Shown in pieces: positions 52,897 through 64,000 of a stretch of 64,000 nucleotides of DNA. Both the position numbers and the translations under genes were made by a program. The notes beneath the pieces are model-generated. The model did not search any database. It had not been told where the DNA came from and saw only the letters and a list, made by a program, of their open reading frames with translations. Source of the DNA: Obrimoposthia wandeli (Eukaryota); contig CDROCS010001143.1 of assembly GCA_977020255.1 (NCBI GenBank), forward strand, positions 248,001-312,000, written 5' to 3'. Each line of letters starts with the position of its first letter. Within the stretch, counting starts at the first letter, position 1.

Positions 52897-53775
52897 ATGA
52901 GTATTCCAACACAACTCATTAGCCCATTGCGCCAACGTATGATCGATGACATGACGATGCGCAAACTCGCAACAAAAACACAAAGCGCTTATGTTCGCGC
53001 CGTCCTTAAACTCACCCATTTCATAAAGCACTCACCTGCGACAGCAACAACAGAAGAGCTACGGCTGTTTCAGTTGCAACTTGTGGCCCAAGGTGCATCA
53101 GCAATCACTGTTAATGCCACTATTACAGGTTTAAAGTTTCTATTTGAAGTGACCTTACAACGAGATAATATGCTGGCAAAGATGAGCACGATCACTGTCC
53201 CTAGGCATCTGCCTGAAGTACTAAGTATCGATGAAGTGGCACGTTTCATGGCTGTAATAAAAGAGCCTAAATACCGTGCTGCCTTCAGCATCGCTTATGG
53301 TTCTGGGCTGCGTGTAGGTGAAATTGTTGTTCTCAAGGTCAGCGATATTGACAGTCAGCGTATGGTTATACGTGTCAATCAGGGTAAAGGACACAAAGAT
53401 AGATACGCATTACTCTCTCCATTACTATTGCAACAATTACGGGATTGGTGGAAGTTTGCTCATGCAAAGGAAAGAGTTTTGCATAGCGGTTGGTTATTCC
53501 CAAGGGCTAATCTTACTGATCACTTATCCACTCGACAGTTAAGCCGAGTGTGTAAAACGACTGCCGCTACTGCTGGCATCAGTAAGCGTGTTTCGATGCA
53601 TACTTTAAGGCATAGCTTTGCGACCCATTTACTCGAAGCTAAAGTCGATATTCGGGTTATCCAAGTATTACTAGGGCATAAAAAACTGGAGACGACAGCG
53701 TTGTATGCACAAGTAGCAACACAGCTGCTTAGTGAAGTACGTAGCCCACTTGATGCTCTAAAATTGGCAACGTGA
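52897..53775 (+). CDS. Tyrosine recombinase (IS91-associated type)
   Basis: GLRVGE (R), GKGHKDR (K), HTLRH, LGH, Y catalytic residues. Confidence 0.92.
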   Translation: MSIPTQLISPLRQRMIDDMTMRKLATKTQSAYVRAVLKLTHFIKHSPATATTEELRLFQLQLVAQGASAITVNATITGLKFLFEVTLQRDNMLAKMSTITVPRHLPEVLSIDEVARFMAVIKEPKYRAAFSIAYGSGLRVGEIVVLKVSDIDSQRMVIRVNQGKGHKDRYALLSPLLLQQLRDWWKFAHAKERVLHSGWLFPRANLTDHLSTRQLSRVCKTTAATAGISKRVSMHTLRHSFATHLLEAKVDIRVIQVLLGHKKLETTALYAQVATQLLSEVRSPLDALKLAT

Positions 53776-53785
53776 TACTGATGTT

Positions 53786-54964
53786 ATGTCTAACACCCAC
53801 TTAGAAATGGCAGATATTTTTCGTATCTACGGTAAAACTTGGCGTGCAACACATGCAAGGCACCTTTCATTGGCTCAACTAAAAGTGATCTCGGCGATAG
53901 AGAACTGCCGCACTCAAGCTCTAGGTGGCCATCTATTGTGTTGTGAAGTCTGTCATCGCAAGCATATCTCATACAATTCTTGTCGCAACCGCCACTGTCC
54001 TAAATGTCAGGCAAGCTCTGCCAAACGTTGGTTGGAGGCTCGACAAGTTGAGTTATTGCCCGTTGATTATTATCACTTGGTGTTCACGCTTCCCCAGCCC
54101 CTGAGTAATCTTGCCTATTACAATAAAACGTTGATGTACGGTTTGTTATTGCAGGCCGCTGCTGAAACATTACTGACGATTGGCGCGGACCCAAAGCGCT
54201 TAGGCGCTCGCCTTGCGGTTACCTTTGTATTGCATACTTGGGGATCAGCTTTGACTCATCACCCACATGTGCACGGCATTGTTCCTGGTGGAGGTCTTTC
54301 TTTGGATGGTGAGCGTTGGATTCAGTGCCGCTCGGGGTATTTCTTACCTGTGCGGGTGCTATCGCGATTATTCAGGCGCCTATATTTACAGAAGCTTAGC
54401 CAATCACATGCACGATTGCAGTTTTTCGGGGAGTACTCAGCCCTGTGTGAAGAAGAAGCTTTTCACAAATGGCTGAATCCCTTAAAGCGTATTGAATGGG
54501 TAGTCTACGCCAAGAAACCTTTTGCGGGTCCCAAGGCAGTACTGGCTTATTTAGCACGCTATACTCATCGCGTTGCCATTGCTAATAGTCGCTTGGTGTC
54601 TGCTGATGCAGAAACGGTTAGCTTTCGCTGGAAAGATTACCGACTGAAAGGGGCACAGCGCTATCAGGTAATGAGCCTCGCGACAGGTCAGTTTATTCAG
54701 CGCTTCTTATTGCATGTATTACCCCGAGGCTTTCATCGTATTCGACACTACGGTTTTATTGCCAATGTCAGACGTAAAGAAAATTTAACCCGTGCACGTG
54801 AGTTATTAGCTGTCGAAGAAGAAATATTAGATCCAATATTGCCGTTATCTAAGGAAGTAATAATGGAACCATGTAGCAGTTTTTACTGCCCAGATTGCGG
54901 TAATCCAATGATTGTCCTTGAAGTGTTAATGCGTAAGCAGCAACCGCGGGCTTCACCCATTTAG
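53786..54964 (+). CDS. IS91-family (Y2 HUH) transposase with zinc-binding domain
   Basis: CRT..LGGH, YNSCRNRHCPKCQ, HPHVH, YLARYTHRVAI, RIRHYG, CPDCG. Confidence 0.93.
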   Translation: MSNTHLEMADIFRIYGKTWRATHARHLSLAQLKVISAIENCRTQALGGHLLCCEVCHRKHISYNSCRNRHCPKCQASSAKRWLEARQVELLPVDYYHLVFTLPQPLSNLAYYNKTLMYGLLLQAAAETLLTIGADPKRLGARLAVTFVLHTWGSALTHHPHVHGIVPGGGLSLDGERWIQCRSGYFLPVRVLSRLFRRLYLQKLSQSHARLQFFGEYSALCEEEAFHKWLNPLKRIEWVVYAKKPFAGPKAVLAYLARYTHRVAIANSRLVSADAETVSFRWKDYRLKGAQRYQVMSLATGQFIQRFLLHVLPRGFHRIRHYGFIANVRRKENLTRARELLAVEEEILDPILPLSKEVIMEPCSSFYCPDCGNPMIVLEVLMRKQQPRASPI

Positions 54965-55298
54965 TCTTGGGATTAGATAAGATAGTATTCGATTTCATCG
55001 GTTCGTTGCGATGAGAGAGGACTGCGTGCTGAATCTCATAAACACCAAAACTGGCTCGATAATTAACTGGCTAGAGTAAATAAAGTATGAAAATCGGCTT
55101 AGAAAATGGCATGATCATATGGAATAAGAAGGTATATGGTAATCTGAGCAAGACGGAGTTATTTCAAATCCCCATAGTTCGAAACATAGAACAAGCTTCA
55201 AAGTAACGTCCCGCGGTTTCCTCCATTGAGGCCTATAAGACATCTGCTTCTAGCAATGCAGATATAGCTGATTCTGTGGTGGCAGATATCTTATAACC

Positions 55299-55484
55299 CT
55301 AAACAATATCAGCCTTTTCTACTTTTGGAAACGCATATATGGCTGCCAAACTTAGCATCTCTTTCATGCAGCCCTTCAAGCCATTCCTTACCGGCCTTTT
55401 CACATAATCTCTCTGACTCAAAACCATAAGTGGCGTGATAGCTGTGCCTGCTGTACTTAAAGTTAAAATTAAGATCCATTCCAC
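55299..55484 (-). CDS. Small exported hypothetical protein, probably frameshifted
   Basis: AGGAG RBS, hydrophobic N-terminus; alternative frame gives GFESERLCEKAGKEW...HICVS. Confidence 0.4.
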   Translation of the reverse strand: MEWILILTLSTAGTAITPLMVLSQRDYVKRPVRNGLKGCMKEMLSLAAIYAFPKVEKADIV

Positions 55485-55556
55485 GATATATCTCCTGAGG
55501 ATTTTGTTTTCACTATAGCTTACTCTATTCTAAAAAAGAAAAGACTGCTTTATTGT

Positions 55557-57308
55557 CAGACTGTGTGAAACTCAGAATAGAGCATTAAACATCGTCCCAG
55601 TATGCTATTTAACCTATCAAATGACTTAATCATCGAATATTAATATTTGAACGTAATATTCGTTTTACTAAAACCATTGAGCTAATAATGTTTTGAAATT
55701 TTATGGGGTGAATTGAAGCTAAAAACACCTTTATTGTCCAAAGGCTTCCGATTAATCGAGTTGTTCCATTATCGTCATCATACGTTTTGGGTTAATAGCC
55801 AGCACATGTAAATTCATTTCTATACTCATTCTTTTTTTTTGCGCTTCATTAAGAAGTGTGTCGCGCCCATCCACATTTTAATCATGCCAAACGGATGCTC
55901 TACGGTTTGTTTTCTTAGTATTGGTATGTTTGGATCATCATCGAGCCGCCGCTGCATGGCGTCTATCTCTTCTTCGTAAAATCCAGCTTCATTTTCTAGA
56001 ACTCCTTTTAATGAAGTCGTGCATTTATCCCCTGATAGTACAATCGACAAACAGCTGAGTTAACGTAAAACTTTTTGTTCGAGGCCTTTCTCTCTGTCAC
56101 TTTTCGACGATGAGGGTAATGCCTCACCCGCAGGAGCATATATAGATATCTTGGCCCTTGTCGTATTTGAATAACGATTTATTGAAAATACCTTTCTTTT
56201 CCGCACCTGATGTATCGGTTTGCGGAACATTTACTAAATACCTAAGTCTTGTGTCGCCTTGATATCCAAGTCGGCTGAAATAACTTATCGGCAATAATGG
56301 TGATATCTTTTTTACATAATGTTTCTTGAACCTGCTCTGCTACTAAAGTCAGCTGGCCTCTGTCAGTTGTCATCACGATATCGTGTGCAACAATCAGAAG
56401 TGGTGCTGTATCTACAGCACTTTGCACGTTATAACAAATAACCTTTGCATATGATGTGTCTTCATCAAGCGGGCATCAGGGTCGGTTTGTGATGCCTTAT
56501 CTGGATGTTCATTCACTTCTTCCTTCAAGGGCTTTAAAGCTCCCACACTAATCTTCATTTTAAGCCATGCTAACTTTGAGGTTGATACAGTATTTGAAGT
56601 ATCCTCTTCATCATTGTCTTTGCCTATCCATTTGACTTAAGTATTTTGGATACTTTTCTCAACGCAGTCAATATGGAACTGGACTTTGCTAGGTGTGTAA
56701 TTCTTTGACTTGTTCACGGCAGCGTTTACTGCCATCCCAATGGCGAAGAGCGATTCACTGAACATATTCATCTGGCGACACATCTCTACAAACTGGCGGC
56801 AGACGCTTCTTATGCCTTTGCTATTATCCTTTCTGAAGTCTGCTATTGTTTTAAAGTCTGGCATTAATCGGCTCAGTAACCACATCAATTCAACGTTGCG
56901 ATGGCTTTCTTTTTCTAAGCGACGAGAAGATTGAATACGGTTGAGATAACCATAGATATAGAGTTTTAAGAGAGGATGGCTGGGTGGTAACCTGGGCGAC
57001 CTGTATCTTTGCTTGATAACAGCACTTAAACCCAAGTGCTTCAAGATTTAAACCATCTACAAATACATCCACGACTCGAACGGAATTATCTTCAGTAACA
57101 AAGTCATCAAGAACTTCGGGGAACAAGGTTGTTTGTGTTCTTGACTGGCCTAAAATATGATGCGCCATCACGTTCACCTTATGGTTTAGCTGACCATATC
57201 ATTATACTAAAGTGAATTGGTTTAATAAACCCAATAACATTAAGATTGATCGATCATAAAGAGCTAGAGCTTAGATCAAAAGGTAATCAATAGTTTTCAC
57301 ACAGTCTG
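55557..57308 (-). mobile_element. IS1182-family element, transposase fragmented
   Basis: IRs CAGACTGTGTGAAA at both ends; LYIYGYLNRIQSSRRLE, PDFKTIADFRK, RKQTVEHPFG. Confidence 0.88.
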
Positions 57309-57616
57309 TGTCATTTGCAGAATCTTATAAGCACTAACGACACTCGTCCAGTATGATATTTATTACTGGATATGAATCTTTATTCCTCGACCACCGCTCA
57401 ACGCTCAACGCTCATTGATGCTCGCATTTTTTATACGCGCCTTTCTCTTTACTTTCTACCTCCTCTCTTCATCGTTGGTCGTAAAATCGTCGGTGCCAAA
57501 CATAGCTTGTCACTAGCGCATTTTTAGGTTGAAATCAGTGACACCATTATTTAAGCTGATGCACTTAAGATAGGCGCATCGTCAACTCAAATAATTTGTA
57601 AAAAGAAGGATACAGC

Positions 57617-58344
57617 GTGTTTACAGGCATAATACAAAGTGTTGCTAAGATAGTTCGCATTGAAGATAACCAAGGTGTTAGAACGTTTGAAATAGCGTTT
57701 CAAAGCGGCTTTTGTGAAGACTTACAAATAGGTGCCAGTGTTTCTGTTGATGGCGTTTGCTTAACCGTGACGCAGCTTATTTCTGCTACAAACGTTAGTT
57801 TTGATGTCATATAAGCGATGTAACGACGTTAAAACGAACTAAGCAAGGTGATGAAATCAATGTTGAAAGAGCCGCTAAAGATGGCGCTGAAATTGGTGGT
57901 CATCCGTTATCTGGTCACATAGATTTTCATGCACCTATCGCTGACATTGAACATATACAAGATAATTTTCGCATGCGCGTTTGCATGAGTAAACAATGGC
58001 AACGCTACATTTTCCCTAAAGGCTACATTGCTATCAACGGTGCTAGTTTAACTATCGCGGAAGTGAATAAAAAAGCCGGCTGGTTTGAAATTTGGTTAAT
58101 TCCTGAAACATTACGCATGACAGTATTTAAAAATAAGCGCGTTGGTCAGCATTTAAATATTGAGATAGAAAGAGGGACGCAAGTAATCGTCGATACCGTA
58201 AGAGACACACTAGAGGAAAATTTAGGTAAGCTTTATCCGTTACTTGAAAAGATGCTTGAGCAGCAAAATATAGATATTAATCAATTGGCAGGTGATGTGT
58301 CAAAGATCAATAATCCAGCTATTGAAGATAAAACTTCAAAATAG
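57617..58344 (+). pseudogene. ribE: Riboflavin synthase, frameshifted
   Basis: MFTGII, SVDGVCLTV, NVERA...GGHPLSGHID, INGASLT; breaks at 57810-57840. Confidence 0.88.
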
Positions 58345-58476
58345 ATTAATTATTTAAATGACCGTGATCAACCTTATTTGTTTAATCACGGTATTAGATA
58401 ACACTAACAGATCACCAACGCAAGCTGCGTGCTGAGCGAGTCTTGATCCTTCATTTATTACTTCCTCCACATAAAA

Positions 58477-58764
58477 TCACATTCTAGATTTGATAGAAGG
58501 TATTTTAGTATTTTGCATACCCGCGTAAGCCGAGGCGTCTCCAGCAATCAAAATAACAGTATCTCCGTATTTATTATCAAAGCCTGTATCTTTTTCTCCC
58601 TGTTTGACAAATACCACTTCGGTAAAAACAAACTTATGAAAACCTTCCACTGGCACATCAATCAAATAGCCACCTTCCAAGAAAAAAGCGGTTTGCGACA
58701 TATAGAATTTTAAATATCCAGGATTAGATTTAATTGCACTTTCAATTTTTTTTATATTTGACAT
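58477..58764 (-). CDS. Hypothetical protein
   Basis: 95-aa ORF, no recognised motif. Confidence 0.45.
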   Translation of the reverse strand: MSNIKKIESAIKSNPGYLKFYMSQTAFFLEGGYLIDVPVEGFHKFVFTEVVFVKQGEKDTGFDNKYGDTVILIAGDASAYAGMQNTKIPSIKSRM

Positions 58765-59107
58765 CTTTTTATTCCATTTAATAGAGATGAATTAGGCAAA
58801 GCATAAATCATCAGAGGGTTAATTCCCTATCCCTCGCGGTGAATTTTAGTACCAACAATACCCAGTTTCACACCAGCATTGCGAAGTAGAGTGAAGTAGA
58901 GTGAAGCATGAAGGCTTGGGGATATTTAATAAGACGGTTGTTTTAAGAGACACTGCTATTAGTCCGCAAGCACTCTCACTTAATCCTATATAAATAAAAG
59001 AAATTTTAAAGTATCGCATGCTTAAAAGGCAGCCGACCACCTTTTGATAACAACGACTAGTATTTGAGCACCCGCACCTATTGTATGCAAAGGTTTAAAG
59101 TATGCGC

Positions 59108-60050
59108 TTATAAATCTCTAGCGGTAGAGTTGCGAAGTTGTAGTTCGCAGGGGAATATAATTTGCTCAGGAGGCATTTGCGGATCTGCTATTTGTGCGAA
59201 CAAAGAAGTGACACAAGCACTGACCATTTCAGAAAATGGCTGTTTGATAGTGGTTAACTGATATGCGGGGCTACTGGCTAATTGGATATCATCAACGCCT
59301 ATAATGCCTAAATCTTGTGGCACTCTTAAGTTAAAGCGATAACGGGCGGCATCCATTCCACCGCAAGCCATAATATCATCGGTAAAGAATATCGCATCTG
59401 GCTTATCTTGAAGTGCCAATAATTTACAGGTAGCTTCATAGCCTGCATCATAACTGTGATTACCGCCTTCCACTATTTGCCAATCTTCACAACCGCGCTC
59501 TACCAAACGATTGATGAAGCCGCTGCCGCCTCACGCTTAGTGAGTGCTTACGCTGGCCCGCTGACAAAAAGCCGGTTTTTACCGCAACAAATACAATAAC
59601 AAATTAGCGGCCATTTTCCCATTGCTAATATTATCGCAAAACACCGCACTCGCTCCATTACTCAGTGAATTACGTGCGAAACAAATAACCGGGATATTCT
59701 GCGCGGTACAGGCATCAACTAACACTTGTGGCAGTGAGGTAGCAGTGACAACCAAGCCTTCTATGTGATATTCCATCACTAGCTCTAACGCTTCTTTAAT
59801 GCTGCGATCATCATGGGCGTTAACTAATAAGCTATGGCAGTTTTTCTGCTGAATTTGCGCGCTGAACTGCTGCAAAAATAAATTAAAATGCGCTGGATTA
59901 TCAAAATCGACTAAAGATACCGATTAAGCCAGATTTAGCTTTTAATCCCGCGTGCTAAATAGAAACACCTGCCGCGGCTGCGACTTCAACAACCGTTATT
60001 TTTTCAGGCTTGGGCTTCGATTTAGACTCGGCTTTCGATTTAGACTTCAC
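59108..60050 (-). pseudogene. LacI family regulator, fragmented with an internal deletion
   Basis: ITVVEVAAAAGVS HTH, IEGLVV, PDAIFFTDDIMACG, VPQDLGIIGVDD, LTTIKQP. Confidence 0.82.
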
Positions 60051-60195
60051 AACGAATGTTTGCAACTCAACGCTCTCTGGCTGGTTTAAAAAGTAGTACT
60101 GAACAAGTTAATACATTTAAAGCGGCCAAGAATAGCGGATCTAGTGTTTAAATGCATTATTCATTTAAGCCCTGCTTATGCCTTTATACCCCTTC

Positions 60196-60357
60196 AGAGG
60201 GTGTCGTAAACTACTGCGCTCAATAATACCGCGTTATAAATCGGCTCAATGTGCTCATTCACACTAGTAATACCCATGCATAGGGGTACACTGATTTCGT
60301 TGTTTCGCCAATTTTCGCCTTGTCTTATTGTCGCTCGCTACCTTTTCGACAGTCCCT
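60196..60357. repeat. Possible MITE-like intergenic element
   Basis: Imperfect ends GAGGGTGTCGTAAA / TTTTCGACAGTCCC and an internal ACCC..GGGT palindrome. Confidence 0.3.
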
Positions 60358-60388
60358 TTACTCGCACTGCGAATAAAGGGAATTTAAT

Positions 60389-61351
60389 TTAACGGTACTC
60401 ACCCGCTAACTTTTCAACTTTTTCAATATTTTCTTTGGTGATAAAACCAGGACCTGAATTAATGTGATTGCCAGGCACTACCCGTAACACTTACATAATT
60501 GAAGTTGTAATATCGATACTGGCATATAGCCTTGTAAGTACGGCTGTTGATCAATATGAAAGCTGATCACTCCACTTTAACGCCTTTGGCTATTTCGCCG
60601 CTAAATCAAACGTGCCGAAGTAGATTTCTCCGGGAGCTTGGGTTTTCTAATGCTGGGGTGGGATGCGCAGAAGTTGGGCCTAACGTCAGTATTGCATCCG
60701 TTTCTGCATTAATGCGCAAATACGCTAGTACTTTCTTTTCTATATCGGTCGGGTCTTTGCCAACATCAATCATACTACCGCCCACAACGTTTCACGCCAG
60801 CATCCGCAAAGCCCAGCAACGGCGTTCAACAGATGAGGGTTTTTCAATGCTGGTAGATTGCTTTTCCCAAAACTGCACCAGGCTGCGCTCTTTTGCCCGC
60901 GCCATTTCCGCGGCGTATTCAGGTTGACCACGTGTAATAAAGCGCGCTTGCCAGATTGCTGGTACGTCCCTGAATTAATGACCGTGATAGGAATGCCTTT
61001 TTTTCGCGCTTTAGCAACAGGGCCGCTAAGTACGTCAAAATCAGTGATAGGCAAAATAATACCGTCGGGATTAGAGGCGATAACTTGCTCTACTATGCGC
61101 GCCATATCCGCTAAATCACCGGTCGGCGGGTTACGGTATTCTGTTTTAACATCTAACTGCTCAGATGCTTCACGCAGAGCTGTTTTAATAGTGTTCCACC
61201 AAGAATCGGCATCATCTGCATGGCTAATTAATACAAAGCGCTCGCCCGCTGCTTGCACATTTGTTGAAATTGCTAACGGAAGCGCCAGCATTGAACAGGT
61301 TAAACTCAGCGTTGCGGTCTTTTTCAAAAAACCTTTAAATGTAGCTTTCAT
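60389..61351 (-). pseudogene. Sugar ABC substrate-binding protein, frameshifted
   Basis: Signal peptide, ISH..DADSWWNTIK, YRNPPTGDL, PDGII; C-terminus SGPGFITKENIEKVEKLAGEYR ends at 60389. Confidence 0.82.
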
Positions 61352-61519
61352 GTAAACCTCCAGATTTTATCTTTATTTTAATTTTTGGTTTTGCTTCTTG
61401 TTTTTTACGCTTATTTACAATACAGCGAAGTAAATCACTGCACCCAAATCTTGTTGACGACTATTAATGGGAACACTAGGAGCCTATCGGACTTACCACT
61501 AATCTACTGCGGGAAACCA

Positions 61520-62326
61520 TCAAGCATCTAGCTGCTGCTGATCCATGCGGTCAAATTCTGCCAGCTCAGCCTCTAAATCAGCCAGCTCTTGGCCACCTGC
61601 CATCATTTCTAGTATTTCTTCACGACTAATCGCTGATTTCGCCCAAGTCCCTAAGCTTTTTCCACGATTAAGTAACGTAAAGCGATCGGCTACCGGGTAT
61701 GCATGGTGCACATTATGAGTAATGAGAATCACTGCCAAACCGCGTGACCTTGCTCTGGCGATGACTTTGAGTACATTTGCGGATTGTTTTACACCTAACG
61801 CCGCGGTCGGCTCATCTAAAATAAGCACCTTTGCACCAAAGTGAATAGCCCGTGCTATGGCTAAACACTGGCGTTCCCCACCTGACATAGTGCCGATGGG
61901 GTGCTCTGGGTCGCGCACGTCAATGCCCATTTCAGCCAGCCCTGCGCGCGCTATTTCATTCGCTTTTTGGGTGTCAAATACATTAAATGGTCCCCATTTT
62001 TTAGTAATTTCACGGCCCATGAAAAAGTTGCGGGTAACACTCATTAAATTCACTAGCGCTAAATCTTGATATACCGTGGCGATACCTGCATCTAGTGCAT
62101 CTTTTGGTGATTTAAAACCAGTAGGGCTACCATTGAGCAGAAATTCTCCTTCAGAGGGTAAATGCACCCCGGCTAACATTTTGATTAAAGTAGATTTACC
62201 TGCGCCGTTATCACCTAACAAACAATGCACTTCACCAAGTTTGATCTGCATGTTTATATCTTTTAGCGCGATGACAGAGCCAAAATAACGGCTGGCATTT
62301 TTTAGTTCTAAAATAAATTCGCTCAT
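61520..62326 (-). CDS. Sugar ABC transporter ATPase
   Basis: [29 protein letters not shown]. Confidence 0.93.
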   Translation of the reverse strand: MSEFILELKNASRYFGSVIALKDINMQIKLGEVHCLLGDNGAGKSTLIKMLAGVHLPSEGEFLLNGSPTGFKSPKDALDAGIATVYQDLALVNLMSVTRNFFMGREITKKWGPFNVFDTQKANEIARAGLAEMGIDVRDPEHPIGTMSGGERQCLAIARAIHFGAKVLILDEPTAALGVKQSANVLKVIARARSRGLAVILITHNVHHAYPVADRFTLLNRGKSLGTWAKSAISREEILEMMAGGQELADLEAELAEFDRMDQQQLDA

Positions 62327-62350
62327 ATAGATCACTCCAAAATATAGTTA

Positions 62351-62509
62351 GTTTTCATCCTGAAACGGGGTCGTAGCGAGGGTATGCCAATGGTTCGAGA
62401 TGGGCAACACTAGATGTGGGCGTTTGGTTGTTCCAAATAACTATATCTAGTGGTGATCAGATCGGACTAGTGAGACAACCGCAGTAGACAGCCGTTTCAG
62501 GATGGAAAC
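62351..62509. mobile_element. 159-bp MITE-like element
   Basis: 18-bp IRs GTTTTCATCCTGAAACGG / CCGTTTCAGGATGGAAAC (one mismatch), flanked on both sides by TAGTTA. Confidence 0.7.
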
Positions 62510-62528
62510 TAGTTAAGCACAGCTTTAA

Positions 62529-63665
62529 TTAATGTGTACCAGTGACACGTTTACGAATAAAGTTGTTAAATAAAACAGCCGCTAACAACATGATACCTAA
62601 GAAAACCCTGAACCAATCTGAATCGGCGCCAGTGAAGAAAATGCCCATTTGCACCACGCCAAATATTAGAGCGCCAAAGCACGCACCTATCACAGACCCG
62701 TAACCGCCTGTGAGTAACGCCCCACCTATTACCACCGCGATAATGGCTTCAAACTCTTTTAATAATCCACGATCCGCCGCGGCTGACCCAAACTCAAATA
62801 CTTGGCAAGCGGCAAAAACGGTGGCACAAAATGCCGTAAACATAAACAGCGAAATTTTAACTTTATCGGTCGGCACTCCTACATTTTTAGCCGCTTTAAC
62901 ATCACCACCACAAGCGAATATCCAATTACCGTATTTCGTACGAAGCAGCACAAAAGATGCAATAGTGGCGAGTAACAAGAACCAAATAATCACCATAGGT
63001 ATGCCGGTAACGATTGGCGAGCCATCATTGTAAGTATCGATCCAACCGACTTGCGCTAGCCAGTTGAAAAATCCTGTACCGATTTGGCCACCAAAAGAAG
63101 CTGCCAGCCAATCCCCTTCTGCAACTTCGGACACTCCAGATACGATGGTTTTATTAGTGAATAAAATCGATAACGCGATGGTTAAGCCTCTTAAGATAAA
63201 TAAGAAAGCAAGGGATACGATAAAGGAAGGTAGGCCGGTTCTGACGACGATATAGCCGTTAAGAAAGCCTATAAACATAGCACCAGCAAAAGCAAAACAA
63301 ATACATAACCAAACGGGCCACCCCCAATACAACGCGGGAATAGAAATCATCATGCCGGCGAAACCAATCATCGAACCTATCGATAAATCAAATTCGCCAG
63401 AAATCATTAACAAGCAAGCACCAATGGCTAATATACCTAGCTGTGCAGAAACCGTACTCCAATTAAGAATACCATCGGCGTTGAACATACCCGAGTCTCC
63501 TGCAACGATTGCAAAAAACAAAAATACTAGTAACGCACCTGAAACAGAGCCTAGCTCTGGGCGGGTGAGTAGTTTTTTAAAGAATGATTCTTGGCGCACT
63601 CTTTCATCGTTTGCACTTGCGGGCGCTGCTACTTGCGCTTGTGGGGTACTAGACATTACATTCAC
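62529..63665 (-). CDS. Sugar ABC transporter permease
   Basis: GEFDLSIGS, GLPSFIV, FACGG...A...GV, IAVVIGG.LLTGG.GS. Confidence 0.93.
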   Translation of the reverse strand: MNVMSSTPQAQVAAPASANDERVRQESFFKKLLTRPELGSVSGALLVFLFFAIVAGDSGMFNADGILNWSTVSAQLGILAIGACLLMISGEFDLSIGSMIGFAGMMISIPALYWGWPVWLCICFAFAGAMFIGFLNGYIVVRTGLPSFIVSLAFLFILRGLTIALSILFTNKTIVSGVSEVAEGDWLAASFGGQIGTGFFNWLAQVGWIDTYNDGSPIVTGIPMVIIWFLLLATIASFVLLRTKYGNWIFACGGDVKAAKNVGVPTDKVKISLFMFTAFCATVFAACQVFEFGSAAADRGLLKEFEAIIAVVIGGALLTGGYGSVIGACFGALIFGVVQMGIFFTGADSDWFRVFLGIMLLAAVLFNNFIRKRVTGTH

Positions 63666-64000
63666 CTATATGATTATTTTTTTAGGTAATTCTCGATCTT
63701 TTAGCGGCAACTTTTACTGACACTGTTTGAGTGATTTTCATTATTCCATTGCTACCCGGTTAAAAAGTGTAAGCTCTTTAATTCATTGATTTGTGGCTTT
63801 CTAGCATAAGTACTTGGATTCTTTCAGCCAAATAACACTTGTAGTTAGCGTAGAATCAATAATTTAAAGAGCAACAAAAATTAAACCGGACACTAATATC
63901 ATTTCTTAGTTAAAGTTCTCCTCAATAAAAACTCGGCTGTTAATCGCATTTTGCAGTGGATTATTATCTATTTCTGGGTCCATATCTTGCTCAACGGTTA

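Larger units (their letters stand above)
52830..55240 (+). mobile_element. Integrase plus IS91-like element
   Basis: Two-gene unit; hairpin GGGGC-aacat-GCCCC upstream; AAATCCCCATAG...CCCGCGGTTTCCTCC downstream; limits approximate. Confidence 0.6.

Noticed and set aside
57310-57616. FMN riboswitch upstream of ribE
   Set aside because: Conserved RFN motifs were not seen.
57617-58344. Lumazine/antenna protein of a bioluminescence system
   Set aside because: The N-terminus is the catalytic MFTG type and no lux genes are present.
1-64000. CRISPR array, rRNA or tRNA genes
   Set aside because: No regularly spaced repeat-spacer units, rRNA-like sequence or cloverleaf with a T-loop consensus was seen by eye.

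Overview
Marine gammaproteobacterial chromosome segment (Oceanospirillales/Alteromonadales-like; taxonomy is inference). 1-10.9 kb is intact housekeeping DNA: class V aminotransferase, Lrp regulator, rsmJ-uppP-tsaB-ubiX-mpl, fbp, ppa, and a GlxA/EamA/DUF1272 group. 11.2-17.8 kb is a MarR-led operon of aminotransferase, ThDP enzyme, orphan P-loop protein, HAD hydrolase and aldehyde dehydrogenase, resembling an Ehrlich-type pathway. 17.9-33.6 kb is an IS-bounded accessory island. It holds an ISL3, a retron-type RT with a fused ABC-ATPase/TOPRIM partner and a structured leader, an IS110 relic, and a RAYT/Y1 transposase split by a 71-bp multi-hairpin insert. It also holds the most unusual locus: a nitroreductase/ABM/crotonase/beta-propeller/MRJP cluster in which normally cytoplasmic enzyme families carry signal peptides or a lipobox, followed by a LysR gene and piled-up IS6 ends. 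34-64 kb is mixed metabolic and regulatory DNA (GGDEF-EAL, ECF sigma, DUF711, lysA, MocR, ald, integrase plus IS91, IS1182, ribE, LacI and a sugar ABC transporter) with several MITE-like palindromes. Many genes after 15 kb carry clustered frameshifts that may be real decay or long-read consensus errors. No rRNA, tRNA or CRISPR array was seen. All family assignments come from motif recognition by eye; no database search was run.
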